Source: a virus (taxonomy: Duplodnaviria; Caudoviricetes). Taken from it: DNA of 64,000 nucleotides. Numbering within the stretch: the first letter of the stretch is position 1; the number at the start of each line of letters is the position of its first letter. The notes under the pieces are model-generated. The model ran no database searches, was not told the origin of the DNA, and worked only from the letters and a program-made list of their open reading frames with translations. Shown here one piece after another: positions 1 to 9,732 of this stretch. Position numbers and translations under genes: made by a program. Location of the stretch: IMG/VR virus record IMGVR_UViG_3300050821_004020, positions 1-64,000 of that record, one strand, 5' to 3'.

Positions 1-119
1 AGTTTTCCCGAGTCGAAACCAATAATTCGTCCCATTCAAATTTAACTTCCAGATTGTGCATTTCTGGAGAATTTGGCCACGCCTTAACGAGAAGGGCATA
101 CCTCTTGCGTTTAGGGAGC

Positions 120-1553
120 TTATTCCACAATTCTTTCATCACTACTCCACATCAAATATCCTGCGAGGTGCTGCCCTTCATGGCCCTCGCGCAATTCGCA
201 TTGCCCGCACTCTTCGCTACGCTCCATGCAGCGTGGGATACGCGGCTGCGCCGGACTGGACCCGCCTGCCCGCAACTCAGCATGCTGCCTGCGCACCGCT
301 TCGCAAAGCTGCGATAGTACTGGAAGCCAGAATATTTTCCTGTCCTCGCTTGCGGTGTCCACCAGCTTGCAAGCTAATTGGAAAATTTCACCGTCAGATG
401 GGGCAGCAGAACTCTGCGTGGACCCGCCTGCCCGCGTCATCTGCCTGTGAAGCTCCTGCATCGTGCCATCGCTGTAATACGGGTGCAGCGGCCCGCCTGC
501 CTCTAGGTCAACAGTCGGGGCTTCTTGTAACTGCTGAATCGCCATAACTGTATTCCGTAAATCAGCCTCGCGCTTGCAGCACCAGCCCTCTTCGTCGTGT
601 TCCTTCCCGAATTGGTGCCAGTTTGTCGCTTCTTCTAAACGAGCCTTAGCCACATTGAGAACTTCTGACGCGCTAGCCATCGCTCGATCCCCTCCACTGG
701 GGTGCCCAACGCCTAGTCCTTCTGGCGGCACTTGGGCTTTTATCATCTCCCATTCCTTAGCACTTAGGTCCTTCAAGCTGCGATGTGCTGGTGGTTCAAG
801 GTACTCCGTGGCAGCGGCGGGCGGCATCTCGGCTAGCGTGCGCTCCAGCGGCTCAGAGTATTCAACATTCCAGTCTGTGCTACGCGGTTTGGGTCCGGCG
901 TACTCGCAAGGCCAAGGCACACCGCACACGACGCAATAACCGTGGAGCTTTCCGTTCACTGGGTCGTGTTCTAAGCCTATACAGGCGCGATGAGCGATCA
1001 TTTGTGCGACACGTTCGGGATCAACTAACGCGGCAGCCATAACTCGCTCCTCAACTCTGGTTTGCCCAGCAGCCTCACTGCTCGGTGCGCCGCTCTCAGG
1101 GATGCTGGCCACCGGATTCGCACCGGACAATCCGTCATCGGAGGTGCGACCTCCTGGAATCGTTCTAACGCCAACATCCGTGACAGCGGCGGGAGGGGCG
1201 GGCACTTCGTTCACTAGCTCTGGATCGAGCCACACCGAACGCTGAGCGGCGGGAGGGACGGCTGCCAGCGCGTCGCGGCAATCAATCAGCAGATTGCGAA
1301 CTTCATCGTGATTCGCTCCTTCTGGATTCCACAGACCGCCTCCGATTAGGTAATCCGTGATTCGCTCGCAAAGCCGCAACCTCCCCGTGCCTACGCTCAT
1401 TGCTTGACCTCGGATTCCCGAAGTTGCGCCCCTCGCGGCCTCCACGACTGTGTAGCATTGTTCTAAACTGAGTACATATATCCCCCGATCAATAAGCTGG
1501 TTCCATAGTTTGCTTGCCGCCTCCCGTAACCTCCCCGTGTGTTCACTCATCAA
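120..1553 (-). CDS. Hypothetical modular protein (477 aa)
   Basis: Long ORF in a coupled minus-strand operon; contains an RITDYLxxGGLxNPE...LLIDCRDAL module also found in ORF 7063-7245, plus Cys/His motifs. Confidence 0.6.
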   Translation of the reverse strand: MMSEHTGRLREAASKLWNQLIDRGIYVLSLEQCYTVVEAARGATSGIRGQAMSVGTGRLRLCERITDYLIGGGLWNPEGANHDEVRNLLIDCRDALAAVPPAAQRSVWLDPELVNEVPAPPAAVTDVGVRTIPGGRTSDDGLSGANPVASIPESGAPSSEAAGQTRVEERVMAAALVDPERVAQMIAHRACIGLEHDPVNGKLHGYCVVCGVPWPCEYAGPKPRSTDWNVEYSEPLERTLAEMPPAAATEYLEPPAHRSLKDLSAKEWEMIKAQVPPEGLGVGHPSGGDRAMASASEVLNVAKARLEEATNWHQFGKEHDEEGWCCKREADLRNTVMAIQQLQEAPTVDLEAGGPLHPYYSDGTMQELHRQMTRAGGSTQSSAAPSDGEIFQLACKLVDTASEDRKIFWLPVLSQLCEAVRRQHAELRAGGSSPAQPRIPRCMERSEECGQCELREGHEGQHLAGYLMWSSDERIVE

Positions 1554-1927
1554 TTTACCTCTTTCGGTTTACGCGCTTGAGTTTGTTTGACCCCGCTCAC
1601 GATGTTGAACGTGCTCGAGCCCAGCGAGGGCAACGCCCACTCCTTGACGCCCCAGTGACGTGCTCCCAGGGACAACGCTAGGAAGCCCGCTGACTCCCCG
1701 ACGATAAGGCCGGTCATCGCCTTTGGAGATCCATATCCCCCAAAGCACACGGAAACATCATTGTGTGCTCTGCAATTGGACGCACTCTTCGTCTGAAAGA
1801 TGGTGCTGCCCACGGCAACGCCCGTAACAAAACCGACCTCGACTACGGTCTTCCACCGGGGACGTGCATTCGCCATGGGCACCAGAAACATCAGAATGAG
1901 ACAGAGCCCCCTAGTCATTGAAGCCAA
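1550..1927 (-). CDS. Hypothetical membrane/secreted protein
   Basis: N-terminal hydrophobic signal-like segment and further hydrophobic stretches. Confidence 0.5.
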   Translation of the reverse strand: MASMTRGLCLILMFLVPMANARPRWKTVVEVGFVTGVAVGSTIFQTKSASNCRAHNDVSVCFGGYGSPKAMTGLIVGESAGFLALSLGARHWGVKEWALPSLGSSTFNIVSGVKQTQARKPKEVN

Positions 1928-2915
1928 CCTTGCCCTCGAACTGCTGGCTCTTGGGTTGGACCTTCATGGTCTGCAGCCGCTTGATCACCGCGTCATAAGG
2001 CTGATCCAAACATGTTACCGCAACGACCAGTTCTTTGATATGAGAAATACTCAGGCGATCCGTGTCAATCAAAGCCCGCTCGAATGGGAAGTCCCCCTCT
2101 CCAAGACCCTCTAACAAATGCGCCAAGTATTCCTTGCGCATCTTAGCTGACGGCATATCCACCTTGATTACTTCGTCAAACCTGCTTGGCCGGTTCACGA
2201 TCCTGGCGCCTAGCTCCTCTGGATAATTTGTCGTGGCGATGCTTACAACGTTGTCCGTCTGATTTTCGCCATCTAGGATCGCCAGAATTTCATGTTCGCC
2301 GTACTGGCGAATAATCTCGTCAATGTCCTCGAAAACGATGATCATAGGCCGATCCGGTTCGATGCTCCGGAATTTGGTCATAGCGGCCTTGGCCATGCCA
2401 GGATGCTTAATGATAAAGACCGTGCCACCCTGACTGACGAGATCTTCCATAAGAAGCGTCAAGGTCGCCGTCTTTCCGCTGCCCGGGGGGCCCCACATCA
2501 GGATCCCACGCTTGAAGATCAAGCCAAGCGCGTCATAACGATCTCTCTGTTTCCAGAAGTGTTTGATCCCATTGATAACTCTAGCGGAGGCGGAATCCTC
2601 CAGATCAATCAAGGTATCCGTAGTCAAAGTCTTGTACGTGAAATAAACCATCCCGTCCCCGTCTATTCCTAGTTCGTACACTCCTGGGGGAAGCGCGGAC
2701 ACCGTTGAAGAGGACGGCATAAACACACCGTTCGGTCTGACGGACCATTGAACCGCGTCAGAGGTAGTCTCAGGCGGCGTCTTTGAATTGGTTTTAAAAC
2801 CTTTCGCACGCTCTGAAGCGGCGGTGCTAAACAACAAATCAGCCCAACTCTTTTTCTTTTTCGGCGGCACCAGTGGTCTTGATATCGCTTTGAGCGCTTC
2901 CTGTAGTTCGTCCAT
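1911..2915 (-). CDS. AAA+ ATPase (single AAA module, FtsH/BCS1-like clade)
   Basis: Walker A GPPGSGKT, Walker B IVFEDID, sensor TTNYP, SRH NRPSRFD, C-terminal KVGF. Confidence 0.9.
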   Translation of the reverse strand: MDELQEALKAISRPLVPPKKKKSWADLLFSTAASERAKGFKTNSKTPPETTSDAVQWSVRPNGVFMPSSSTVSALPPGVYELGIDGDGMVYFTYKTLTTDTLIDLEDSASARVINGIKHFWKQRDRYDALGLIFKRGILMWGPPGSGKTATLTLLMEDLVSQGGTVFIIKHPGMAKAAMTKFRSIEPDRPMIIVFEDIDEIIRQYGEHEILAILDGENQTDNVVSIATTNYPEELGARIVNRPSRFDEVIKVDMPSAKMRKEYLAHLLEGLGEGDFPFERALIDTDRLSISHIKELVVAVTCLDQPYDAVIKRLQTMKVQPKSQQFEGKVGFND

Positions 2916-2916
2916 G

Positions 2917-3231
2917 TCACTCCCGGCTATATTTGAGGATTTCGTTTACATCTGAATCGTCCCATCTTTTGCTTGCTGCTTCGATCCTTCTACGCTCTAA
3001 CTCCGCTTCGCAATTCTGAATCATTTTGTCCAGGATCTTACCGCTGTCAATTGGCTCTAACTCGTCCTGCATTAATTCGCTCGTTGACTTTCTCCTTTCT
3101 TCCACGTCTAGTATGTCCAAGGTCTCGTGAACGTTTATCATGCAGTACAGACAGTAGTTCCCGCAGAGCTTGATCCGGTGCAGAAAGAGCTTGATATAGT
3201 GCAGCATCATTCCTTCTCCGGGTTCGTCCAC
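2917..3231 (-). CDS. Hypothetical protein
   Basis: ORF tightly packed in the operon. Confidence 0.45.
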   Translation of the reverse strand: MDEPGEGMMLHYIKLFLHRIKLCGNYCLYCMINVHETLDILDVEERRKSTSELMQDELEPIDSGKILDKMIQNCEAELERRRIEAASKRWDDSDVNEILKYSRE

Positions 3232-3398
3232 TTGCGGCCTAGGTTATCTTCATGCGGGCCGGCGTGCCGCTTGTTCTTTATGCACCACATCCATCCAGAA
3301 TCCGGGTTGGGGTGCCGCTTGCGACTATGACACTGTCTGTGCCCGTCGGGATAGTCACTGGGCTTGGTTTCATCAAACATGGAGGCTATTAACGTCAT
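3207..3398 (-). CDS. Small Cys/His protein
   Basis: C...C-x5-H-x2-PH motif resembling the C-terminus of ORF 120-1553. Confidence 0.45.
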   Translation of the reverse strand: MTLIASMFDETKPSDYPDGHRQCHSRKRHPNPDSGWMWCIKNKRHAGPHEDNLGRKWTNPEKE

Positions 3399-3652
3399 TC
3401 GTGATTCCCAAAGAATCTCTCCCAGAACGTCAACTTAGGCTTCGGGAGCATCCCGTCTAAGATCCCCTGGATTATCGGTAGGGACTCATTGTTTACGGCG
3501 AATAACAACTTTTCACCGTGCGCGGTTTTGGTTATGTGAGCGACGAATCCTAAAGGATTTTCAATTTCAACTAGTGTTGTGCCTATATCAACATACCTAG
3601 TGATAATCAACAGGTATCCGCACGGCATTATTTTCTCTATCTTTTTGATCAT
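3395..3652 (-). CDS. Hypothetical protein
   Basis: 4-nt start/stop overlaps with both neighbours. Confidence 0.5.
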   Translation of the reverse strand: MIKKIEKIMPCGYLLIITRYVDIGTTLVEIENPLGFVAHITKTAHGEKLLFAVNNESLPIIQGILDGMLPKPKLTFWERFFGNHE

Positions 3653-4236
3653 AGCGTGTCATCGCCCCACAGATCTTCCACTTGCCGGTGTATCCTATAC
3701 GAGCGCGTCATTCTTTGCCGTACGTTCAAAATCTCTTCCGCCTGATCCCATGCTTCCATCTCTTGAGCAACGACTGCCTTATCCAACATTTCATTGTCAG
3801 CGTATCTGCTGTAAACAGAACTTAAATTGTTCGCGTACTCTGTTCTGGGCAATCTCAATGCGTAGCCAATTACGTGGCCTAATTCATGCGCCAAGCCAGT
3901 ACTGATAGAGATTTTAAGTCTCTCGAGTTGCTTGGGAGATATCACGATATTGTACACGCCCGATCTGGGGTTGCAATCCGCCCTGCAGCCGTTGCCCCCG
4001 TCTTCAAATTTAACTGAGATAGTAAAATTTCTGGGACCCGGAGACTTTGGAGGATCCCAGCCCATTTGCGAAAAGATCTTGTCCATACTGTCAAAGGGGT
4101 TACTATTCTTCCAAATATCGAAATCATTAAAATCTTTGGTCACAGCTGCGGCGACCGTCTCCTTTACATCTTCAATTGCCTTTGCCTTTCCTGAATCTTC
4201 GCTCATTCCGCCTCCGCCAGAGTATCTAATGCCCAA
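3649..4236 (-). CDS. Putative zincin metallopeptidase (true start probably 4206)
   Basis: LAHELGH HExxH motif with downstream E-x-x-A-W. Confidence 0.6.
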   Translation of the reverse strand: MGIRYSGGGGMSEDSGKAKAIEDVKETVAAAVTKDFNDFDIWKNSNPFDSMDKIFSQMGWDPPKSPGPRNFTISVKFEDGGNGCRADCNPRSGVYNIVISPKQLERLKISISTGLAHELGHVIGYALRLPRTEYANNLSSVYSRYADNEMLDKAVVAQEMEAWDQAEEILNVRQRMTRSYRIHRQVEDLWGDDTL

Positions 4237-4409
4237 AGCAACGCTCGAAAGAAAGCTACCAGGGCGCCCATGAATAGAAATCCCACGAGGACCGCTTCAG
4301 TCTGAGTCCAATGTTTCCAAGCTATGTGCGCAAATAGCCCAGCAAGCGAGAGTGCCACAAGGGATAGATAGCTACGCGCTGCAATCTTCTTAAGGCGCCG
4401 GTTGTTCAT
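4203..4409 (-). CDS. Small membrane protein, 2 TM
   Basis: Basic N-terminus and two hydrophobic segments. Confidence 0.5.
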   Translation of the reverse strand: MNNRRLKKIAARSYLSLVALSLAGLFAHIAWKHWTQTEAVLVGFLFMGALVAFFRALLWALDTLAEAE

Positions 4410-5425
4410 GGCAGTTCAAATCCAATGCCCACGCGTTCCGCCTGGGCCTTTCTAGCTTGGATCTCTGTCCCCACCTTCGTATAGCTGTCCGTGACCGTAA
4501 TACCCGCGTGACCGGTCCAGAATTTTACCAGTGACTCTGGTACGCCCTGCAGCTGGATATGCGTTACGCGGTGCCTGCGTAGAGTGTGAAAACCGCCCTG
4601 GAGGCCGGCTTCTATAATTTGTGAGCGGTACTCGGACTCGGAAAGCGGGAACATTAAGAGTCCGTTGGGGTTAATTGGGGGGAATATCCTCTTCAGATAG
4701 TCATTCACGACCGGTGCCAAGTCCACCTCGCGGATGCCAGCGTCCGTCTTGGGCGGACCAAAGGTCTTGCCGTCGCGCTGTTCACGGACGATTATCTTGC
4801 TCTCTTCCGGATTCCAGACGGTTGTCTGCATGCCGCCGACGTCCAAATGTAGGGCTAGGGCCTCGCCCACCCGCATGCCCGTGGACGCTAAAACGGCGAT
4901 CAAAGCACCCGTGACAGGGCTAGCCCGCTTTATCGCCTCTCCGATAGCCTGTGTGCTAGCCATGGGGGTCTCTTGGGCCCTCTTATCTACCACTGGCGCG
5001 TCAATGGTCTCCGCGTTCCATGTGCAGGGGTACAGGGGCTGGCCGTCCTCGTTCCTAGCAGACTCCCGTATCTCCTTGGCAACATTGAGGATAAGTTGAA
5101 TAGAGGCGGGTTTGAGCGGCTTGCCCTTGAGACCCTTGACGGATAGAGCTGCCGCAACGTCGTTAAGTACTTTGTTTCCAATAGTATCCAAGGGAAGTTC
5201 CCCGATGAGGGGGATCAATGTCCTGATGCTGGTTCTATAGGTGGTTAAAGTCCTCAAACGAAGGGGGTTACGCTTCCTAGAGGCGCCATTAGCCAGCCAG
5301 ATAGCCGCCTGGTCCTTAAACGCGGGCGCCCCGCTCTGGGCCTTCAGCCGTTTGACCTGGCTCTTTGAGATTGTCATGGCTCTCTTAGCCTCAAATGCAT
5401 CTATTAAGCTGTCAGCGGTCATCAT
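4406..5425 (-). CDS. Tyrosine recombinase/integrase
   Basis: Catalytic R (TGMRVGE), HxxR (HTLRR), GH (TGHAG) and Y (TDSY). Confidence 0.9.
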   Translation of the reverse strand: MMTADSLIDAFEAKRAMTISKSQVKRLKAQSGAPAFKDQAAIWLANGASRKRNPLRLRTLTTYRTSIRTLIPLIGELPLDTIGNKVLNDVAAALSVKGLKGKPLKPASIQLILNVAKEIRESARNEDGQPLYPCTWNAETIDAPVVDKRAQETPMASTQAIGEAIKRASPVTGALIAVLASTGMRVGEALALHLDVGGMQTTVWNPEESKIIVREQRDGKTFGPPKTDAGIREVDLAPVVNDYLKRIFPPINPNGLLMFPLSESEYRSQIIEAGLQGGFHTLRRHRVTHIQLQGVPESLVKFWTGHAGITVTDSYTKVGTEIQARKAQAERVGIGFELP

Positions 5426-5432
5426 GGTTCAA

Positions 5433-5462
5433 AACCTAGCACTTATTGTAAAACCTTGTCAA
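5433..5462 (-). promoter_or_regulatory. Sigma70-type promoter of the integrase (leaderless transcript predicted)
   Basis: TTGACA-18-TAGGTT; the -10 box ends 7 nt before the ATG. Confidence 0.6.
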
Positions 5463-5470
5463 GACCTTAT

Positions 5471-5677
5471 TTAAAGCTTTCCGTCAAGAGCGATTGCCGC
5501 ATTCGCTGTCATCACCGCCTCGCGCAGAAGCCGGATGGCCGCTGTTTGATCCGCACTCACTGGCGTGTTGTCCACGATCACCTGGCCCAATTCTTTCGCC
5601 TTCGCACGAATCACTTCGTACTTGAAACGCTGCTCCGTCGTCGGTGCGTGATAGCTAAAAATGTTGTTTATGTCCAT
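5471..5677 (-). CDS. Acb2/Tad1-hairpin-like small protein (putative signalling-nucleotide sponge)
   Basis: FSYHAP..EQ..Y..IR..AKEL...I....P...DQ..AI..LREAVMTANAAIA pattern. Confidence 0.55.
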   Translation of the reverse strand: MDINNIFSYHAPTTEQRFKYEVIRAKAKELGQVIVDNTPVSADQTAAIRLLREAVMTANAAIALDGKL

Positions 5678-5731
5678 TTTGTATCTCCTTTGTTTTCTTT
5701 ATCGCGTTCAACGTCTTATACAATATTATAC

Positions 5732-6025
5732 TCAGCCCTTCCAGCCTTCTTGCTCCGAAGTCTCGGCACCTTTTGAAGCTCGCTCCCCTGCCCTAATGCG
5801 GCGGATGGCGTTCGCAAGCAAAACAATGGCGCATTTCTGACACAAATCTGCGCCTTCCTCGGTCGCATCGTTGTGCATGCCGCTTCTCTTAACTATCCCA
5901 ACGTGGAGCCGAGACCAGAGAAGATTCTCGCCGCTTAAAGAAGTAACGATGTTGAGTGAACCCGGGCCGCCCAGGCTCTTCCCGCAACTATCACAGGTAT
6001 AGACTGTTATTTGGTTCTTTGCCAT
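5732..6025 (-). CDS. Hypothetical Zn-finger protein
   Basis: Two CxxC pairs (CDSC, CQKC); AGGAG RBS. Confidence 0.55.
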   Translation of the reverse strand: MAKNQITVYTCDSCGKSLGGPGSLNIVTSLSGENLLWSRLHVGIVKRSGMHNDATEEGADLCQKCAIVLLANAIRRIRAGERASKGAETSEQEGWKG

Positions 6026-6710
6026 AAATCCTCTCCTGCGTATAACGTTATGTTATTTACTGCCATTCTGGGCAGATACAATGATCGTGTCCGCTACTTT
6101 TACAAAATGAACACTCGTCGCCCGTCCACTCGACAACAACCCGCTTGACAGCTACCGTCTGCTCGATCTTGACTGCCTGTCGTACCCGCTGCTTAAACTC
6201 ATAGGTCCAATGCTGACGCTCCTCACTGTAGATACCCAGCTTGTCAGCCAACTCCTCAGCAATGTCGTCCAACTCCTCGATTGCCATTACCGTTTCCAAA
6301 CCCAGCGGCCCGTCAGGCACCCGATTACGAACGCCAACATTGCACTAACCATGTTTCCTCCTCTGTGTATAAGTGTATCTTAGCCCCTTACGTCCTTTAA
6401 CCACTTCTTGCTTTCTTCTCTCGCCTGCTCATCCGTGAACCACGGGCCCCGATCTTGTCTAATTCCATGTTTATCAATATACCAAAAATACCACCCGCAG
6501 CGGCGTTGTTCTACATTCATTCGCTTTCCTCCAGCCACTTCAGAAATAACTCACTATCTTCCTCTCTTCGTCTTACCTCGGTGGGGGCGGGGGACTCCCA
6601 AGGTCTATGCTCAACGAGGACCCCGCCAATCAAACGCCAATGGGTACTGCCCGGTTTCAGCGGCGGTGCCGGTGTGAATAATATTGTACGTTTATCTTCC
6701 ATCACATTCC

Positions 6711-7040
6711 TCATTTCACAACTTCGCGGCGGATGTTGTACATCACAAAGCGCAAGTCCTGCGTATGCCAGTGGTCGTTTTCATACGTCCAGATAATTTT
6801 CTCTTCCGGCTTGCCTCCGCACGTTTTCTTGTAATCCGCCTCGGCGGCTGCCTTCGCCGCGCTAAGGCTCCTGAACGGTCTGCTCCAGTTGTCCCAGGTG
6901 CGCTCGCTGCCCATGGGCCCGCCAAGCGCGGTGAGATTTTCAGATGTACATCTAAAGATGATCATATCTCCTCCTACCACTTGCGATGAATAGCCCCCAG
7001 GGCGACAATCAAAAAGAGAATGGCCATGTAAGCAAACCAC
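6711..7040 (-). CDS. Hypothetical protein (start probably near 6965)
   Basis: RBS GGAGGAG before ATG ATC ATC; coupled to the next ORF. Confidence 0.45.
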   Translation of the reverse strand: MVCLHGHSLFDCRPGGYSSQVVGGDMIIFRCTSENLTALGGPMGSERTWDNWSRPFRSLSAAKAAAEADYKKTCGGKPEEKIIWTYENDHWHTQDLRFVMYNIRREVVK

Positions 7041-7062
7041 GTTGCGATTTTATCGTCCCTAC

Positions 7063-7245
7063 TCATTTGATTTCCGGTCTGCAGTTTTCCGAGTTCCAGG
7101 TTATATCCGGCACGGATAGGGCGTCTCGGCAATCAATCAACAGATCACGTACGACGGCGTGTTCCACCATCTCAGGATTGAAGAGGCCGCCCGCGCTTAG
7201 ATAGTCCGTGATGCGTTGGATGAGTATTTCTCGTTCGCTCGTCAT
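7063..7245 (-). CDS. Hypothetical protein, paralogous module to ORF 120-1553
   Basis: RITDYLSAGGLFNPE...VRDLLIDCRDAL. Confidence 0.6.
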   Translation of the reverse strand: MTSEREILIQRITDYLSAGGLFNPEMVEHAVVRDLLIDCRDALSVPDITWNSENCRPEIK

Positions 7246-7382
7246 CTACGTCCCCCATATCATAACCAATAAGATGGCCACGAAGAACAGAAGTGTTAGG
7301 ATGATAAGGGGACGAAAGATAATAGATCCGATTAAAGAAGCAAGCATGATACTGAAAAGTATTTTCATTATCAGTTTTTCGC

Positions 7383-7892
7383 TCATTGCGAGCCCCACAG
7401 CGGAAGATAGTCCAGAATACCGGTCGTCCTAAATTTTTCGATGGGCTCCGTGCAGATCGCCGTCTTGCAAGAGACGAGCGGGTCAAAGGTGCCGGTGCCG
7501 TACTCCGGGTTCGTGTCAAAGAAGCTGGTGACGGCGACTTCGGCCTTCTTTAACAGATCCTCAACGTGATTCAGTTCCCTAGAGTCTCGGGCTTGCAGGA
7601 TGATCGTTGTAATTGATATGAATGGCGCGTCCTTGGCTGTGCATCCAGCTGCCTCAGTCCAACGCATCTTGCTTACGACATGAGCGCACTGCGCAACCTG
7701 CCGGCCAATGGGTTGGATTACCTTAAAGAAGTTTCCGCCTTTATGGCCGTCCACGGTCGCTGCAACCACAACGTAGATCCGCTTCTCCGTGTCCATTCTG
7801 GCTGGCGGGGCGGTCACCTTCATATCCCATTTGTAGCTCACCCAGCCAGGATCGCCCGGGCCGGGAGCTTTAGGTGTTGGTTTCTTTTTCAT
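7383..7892 (-). CDS. Peptidyl-tRNA hydrolase, PTH2-like
   Basis: YVVV...GRQVAQCAH...IILQARDSREL...FFD...KTAI..EP...LPL pattern of phage PTH2-like proteins. Confidence 0.65.
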   Translation of the reverse strand: MKKKPTPKAPGPGDPGWVSYKWDMKVTAPPARMDTEKRIYVVVAATVDGHKGGNFFKVIQPIGRQVAQCAHVVSKMRWTEAAGCTAKDAPFISITTIILQARDSRELNHVEDLLKKAEVAVTSFFDTNPEYGTGTFDPLVSCKTAICTEPIEKFRTTGILDYLPLWGSQ

Positions 7893-8581
7893 ACTGGGGC
7901 GACTTCGTGGTAATAGAATAGCCTCTTGACGCCGTCAGCGAAGAGGACTCGCAAAGGATAGATAGCCTTTGGGAGAACTTCAATGACCGTTCCTTCTGCT
8001 CCGACTATGCTTCGGCCTGGCGCCGTATAGCCAGAAGTAACCGTAACCTTAGCCCCCACGTCGATCTTACTCGTTTCATGAACGGCAGGCGTGATGCTTG
8101 CCAACGCCTGAGCGGCGGTTAACCCCGGCCTCGGGATATACTCCCATACCGTGATCTTGCGGCTGTGCGCCCCTTTGCGCTTGCTGTTAACCGTCTTCCC
8201 CGTGTCCTTCCAAGACTTGCTCTTACGGAACAAAGGACCAGCCGCGTTGCCCAGGTCAGCAGAAGTATAGCCCTGTTTGAGCAGCTCCGCTTGAACGTCA
8301 TCCGCTGTAACAAACTTGTTAGCCTTTCCCAGGGACTCCGCGATCCGCCTTGCAACAGCGTACGCGGATTCTACGGGCCCTATCGGGGTGATGATCCACC
8401 TTTGACTGAATGATCCTTCAGTGCCTTTATTCGGTCCCTCGAGAACCTTGATGTAGGTGTAACTATCCAAACCAAGGAGATTTCTTGGGCTGAAGCCCGT
8501 GATCCTCCCGCGATTCCAATCCGGGTACTTATCTTCCGGATGACGCATCGTTACTTCTTGTCCGATCTGCAGTTCGCTCAT
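7889..8581 (-). CDS. Hypothetical protein (SH3-like ends, central wHTH-like segment)
   Basis: ORF coupled to neighbours; no family assigned. Confidence 0.55.
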   Translation of the reverse strand: MSELQIGQEVTMRHPEDKYPDWNRGRITGFSPRNLLGLDSYTYIKVLEGPNKGTEGSFSQRWIITPIGPVESAYAVARRIAESLGKANKFVTADDVQAELLKQGYTSADLGNAAGPLFRKSKSWKDTGKTVNSKRKGAHSRKITVWEYIPRPGLTAAQALASITPAVHETSKIDVGAKVTVTSGYTAPGRSIVGAEGTVIEVLPKAIYPLRVLFADGVKRLFYYHEVAPV

Positions 8582-8985
8582 ATCAATCTCCTATCGCGTT
8601 CAATTTTCTTAACAGCGTCATGGTGCTTTTGAATCGTCTGCCGTAACTCGTAAGTTGCGTACCAATCAATTTTGCCGCTCTTTTCAATGAAGGATTCTTG
8701 CAATTCATTTGTAGCTTTATGGTCCACAGCGCCCGCTAGTGTTCCTTCGATTACTGTGAGCACCATTGCCTCGCACTTCTTTTTGTATTCCTCCTGGATC
8801 ATTTTGTCAAGCAATTTTTCTTCGACGCTTTTTTCTTCCTCTGGTTTCAGATGGAGAGCAGGAACATTGTAAAGTACCGAGAATTTGTTGCATATTTCGC
8901 ATTGTGCTGTTACTCGGTTATGATACGGATACGTCGGCGGCCTTGGCCACTTCTTCTCGACTCTGCATTCTTCACAATAAAACAT
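8578..8985 (-). CDS. Hypothetical Zn-ribbon protein
   Basis: N-terminal CEEC...CEIC. Confidence 0.55.
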   Translation of the reverse strand: MFYCEECRVEKKWPRPPTYPYHNRVTAQCEICNKFSVLYNVPALHLKPEEEKSVEEKLLDKMIQEEYKKKCEAMVLTVIEGTLAGAVDHKATNELQESFIEKSGKIDWYATYELRQTIQKHHDAVKKIERDRRLI

Positions 8986-9230
8986 GGTCCCTCAGAGATG
9001 ATTGGCTATTGTCACTATTAGCCAGCCAAGAGCACAACCCGCACAATAAGCTGCGATCATCAAGAACGCCACCTTAGCGATTACTTTTCCCGACGTCATA
9101 TAGTTCCTCCAATCTTCTCAAAGCTTGCCTTACTCGCATCCGCCACAACTTGCTGCGTTTGTTCGCGTCTCTGCGCTTCAACGCGTAAGCCGCGAATTCC
9201 ATGGCCTTCTGTTTCTCGCTAATGCGAGCG

Positions 9231-9644
9231 TCACCATAAATCACTGAACCCGCCCATTATGGCAACGCGCAGCATACATGCTTGAAACGCGGGCCCGTGG
9301 CCGGCTCCGCCCTCGTCAATATGCTGTATGAAGTTGTATTCGTGACAAGACTCGTGCAGCAAAGTAATATCAGCATCTTTCATGGTAGAGTGATATCTCT
9401 TATCAACGAGGATCTTATACAGATGCTCATCTGAAGTTATTGCCGGCACCATGAAGCCCATGTAATCCCCAGGGATCTCCGTTAGATAAATCCGGGTAGT
9501 CGTTGGCAGTGCTCCATAGAAATACTTTTGATTGTACTCTAGGAAGTCCGACTTTAATTTTCCCTCAGTAGGCCGGTGATCTACTACGCCGAATGCGCAA
9601 GCTGCGCAGAGTGCTAGTATGATTGTGATGATTTTCCAGCGCAT
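9231..9644 (-). CDS. Secreted SprT-like zinc metalloprotease
   Basis: Signal peptide; YNQKYF...LP; LLHESCH; GHGPAFQ. Confidence 0.75.
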   Translation of the reverse strand: MRWKIITIILALCAACAFGVVDHRPTEGKLKSDFLEYNQKYFYGALPTTTRIYLTEIPGDYMGFMVPAITSDEHLYKILVDKRYHSTMKDADITLLHESCHEYNFIQHIDEGGAGHGPAFQACMLRVAIMGGFSDLW

Positions 9645-9703
9645 TATTTTCCCTCAGGGCGGTAGACCAGATTTTATTCTACCGCCCGGCAATGAAGACG
9701 CAC

Positions 9704-9732
9704 ATCATACTACGTCTTCAAGTTATTGTCAA
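9704..9732 (-). promoter_or_regulatory. Sigma70-type promoter
   Basis: TTGACA-17-TATGAT, followed by a GGGCGGTAGA/TCTACCGCCC leader hairpin. Confidence 0.75.
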
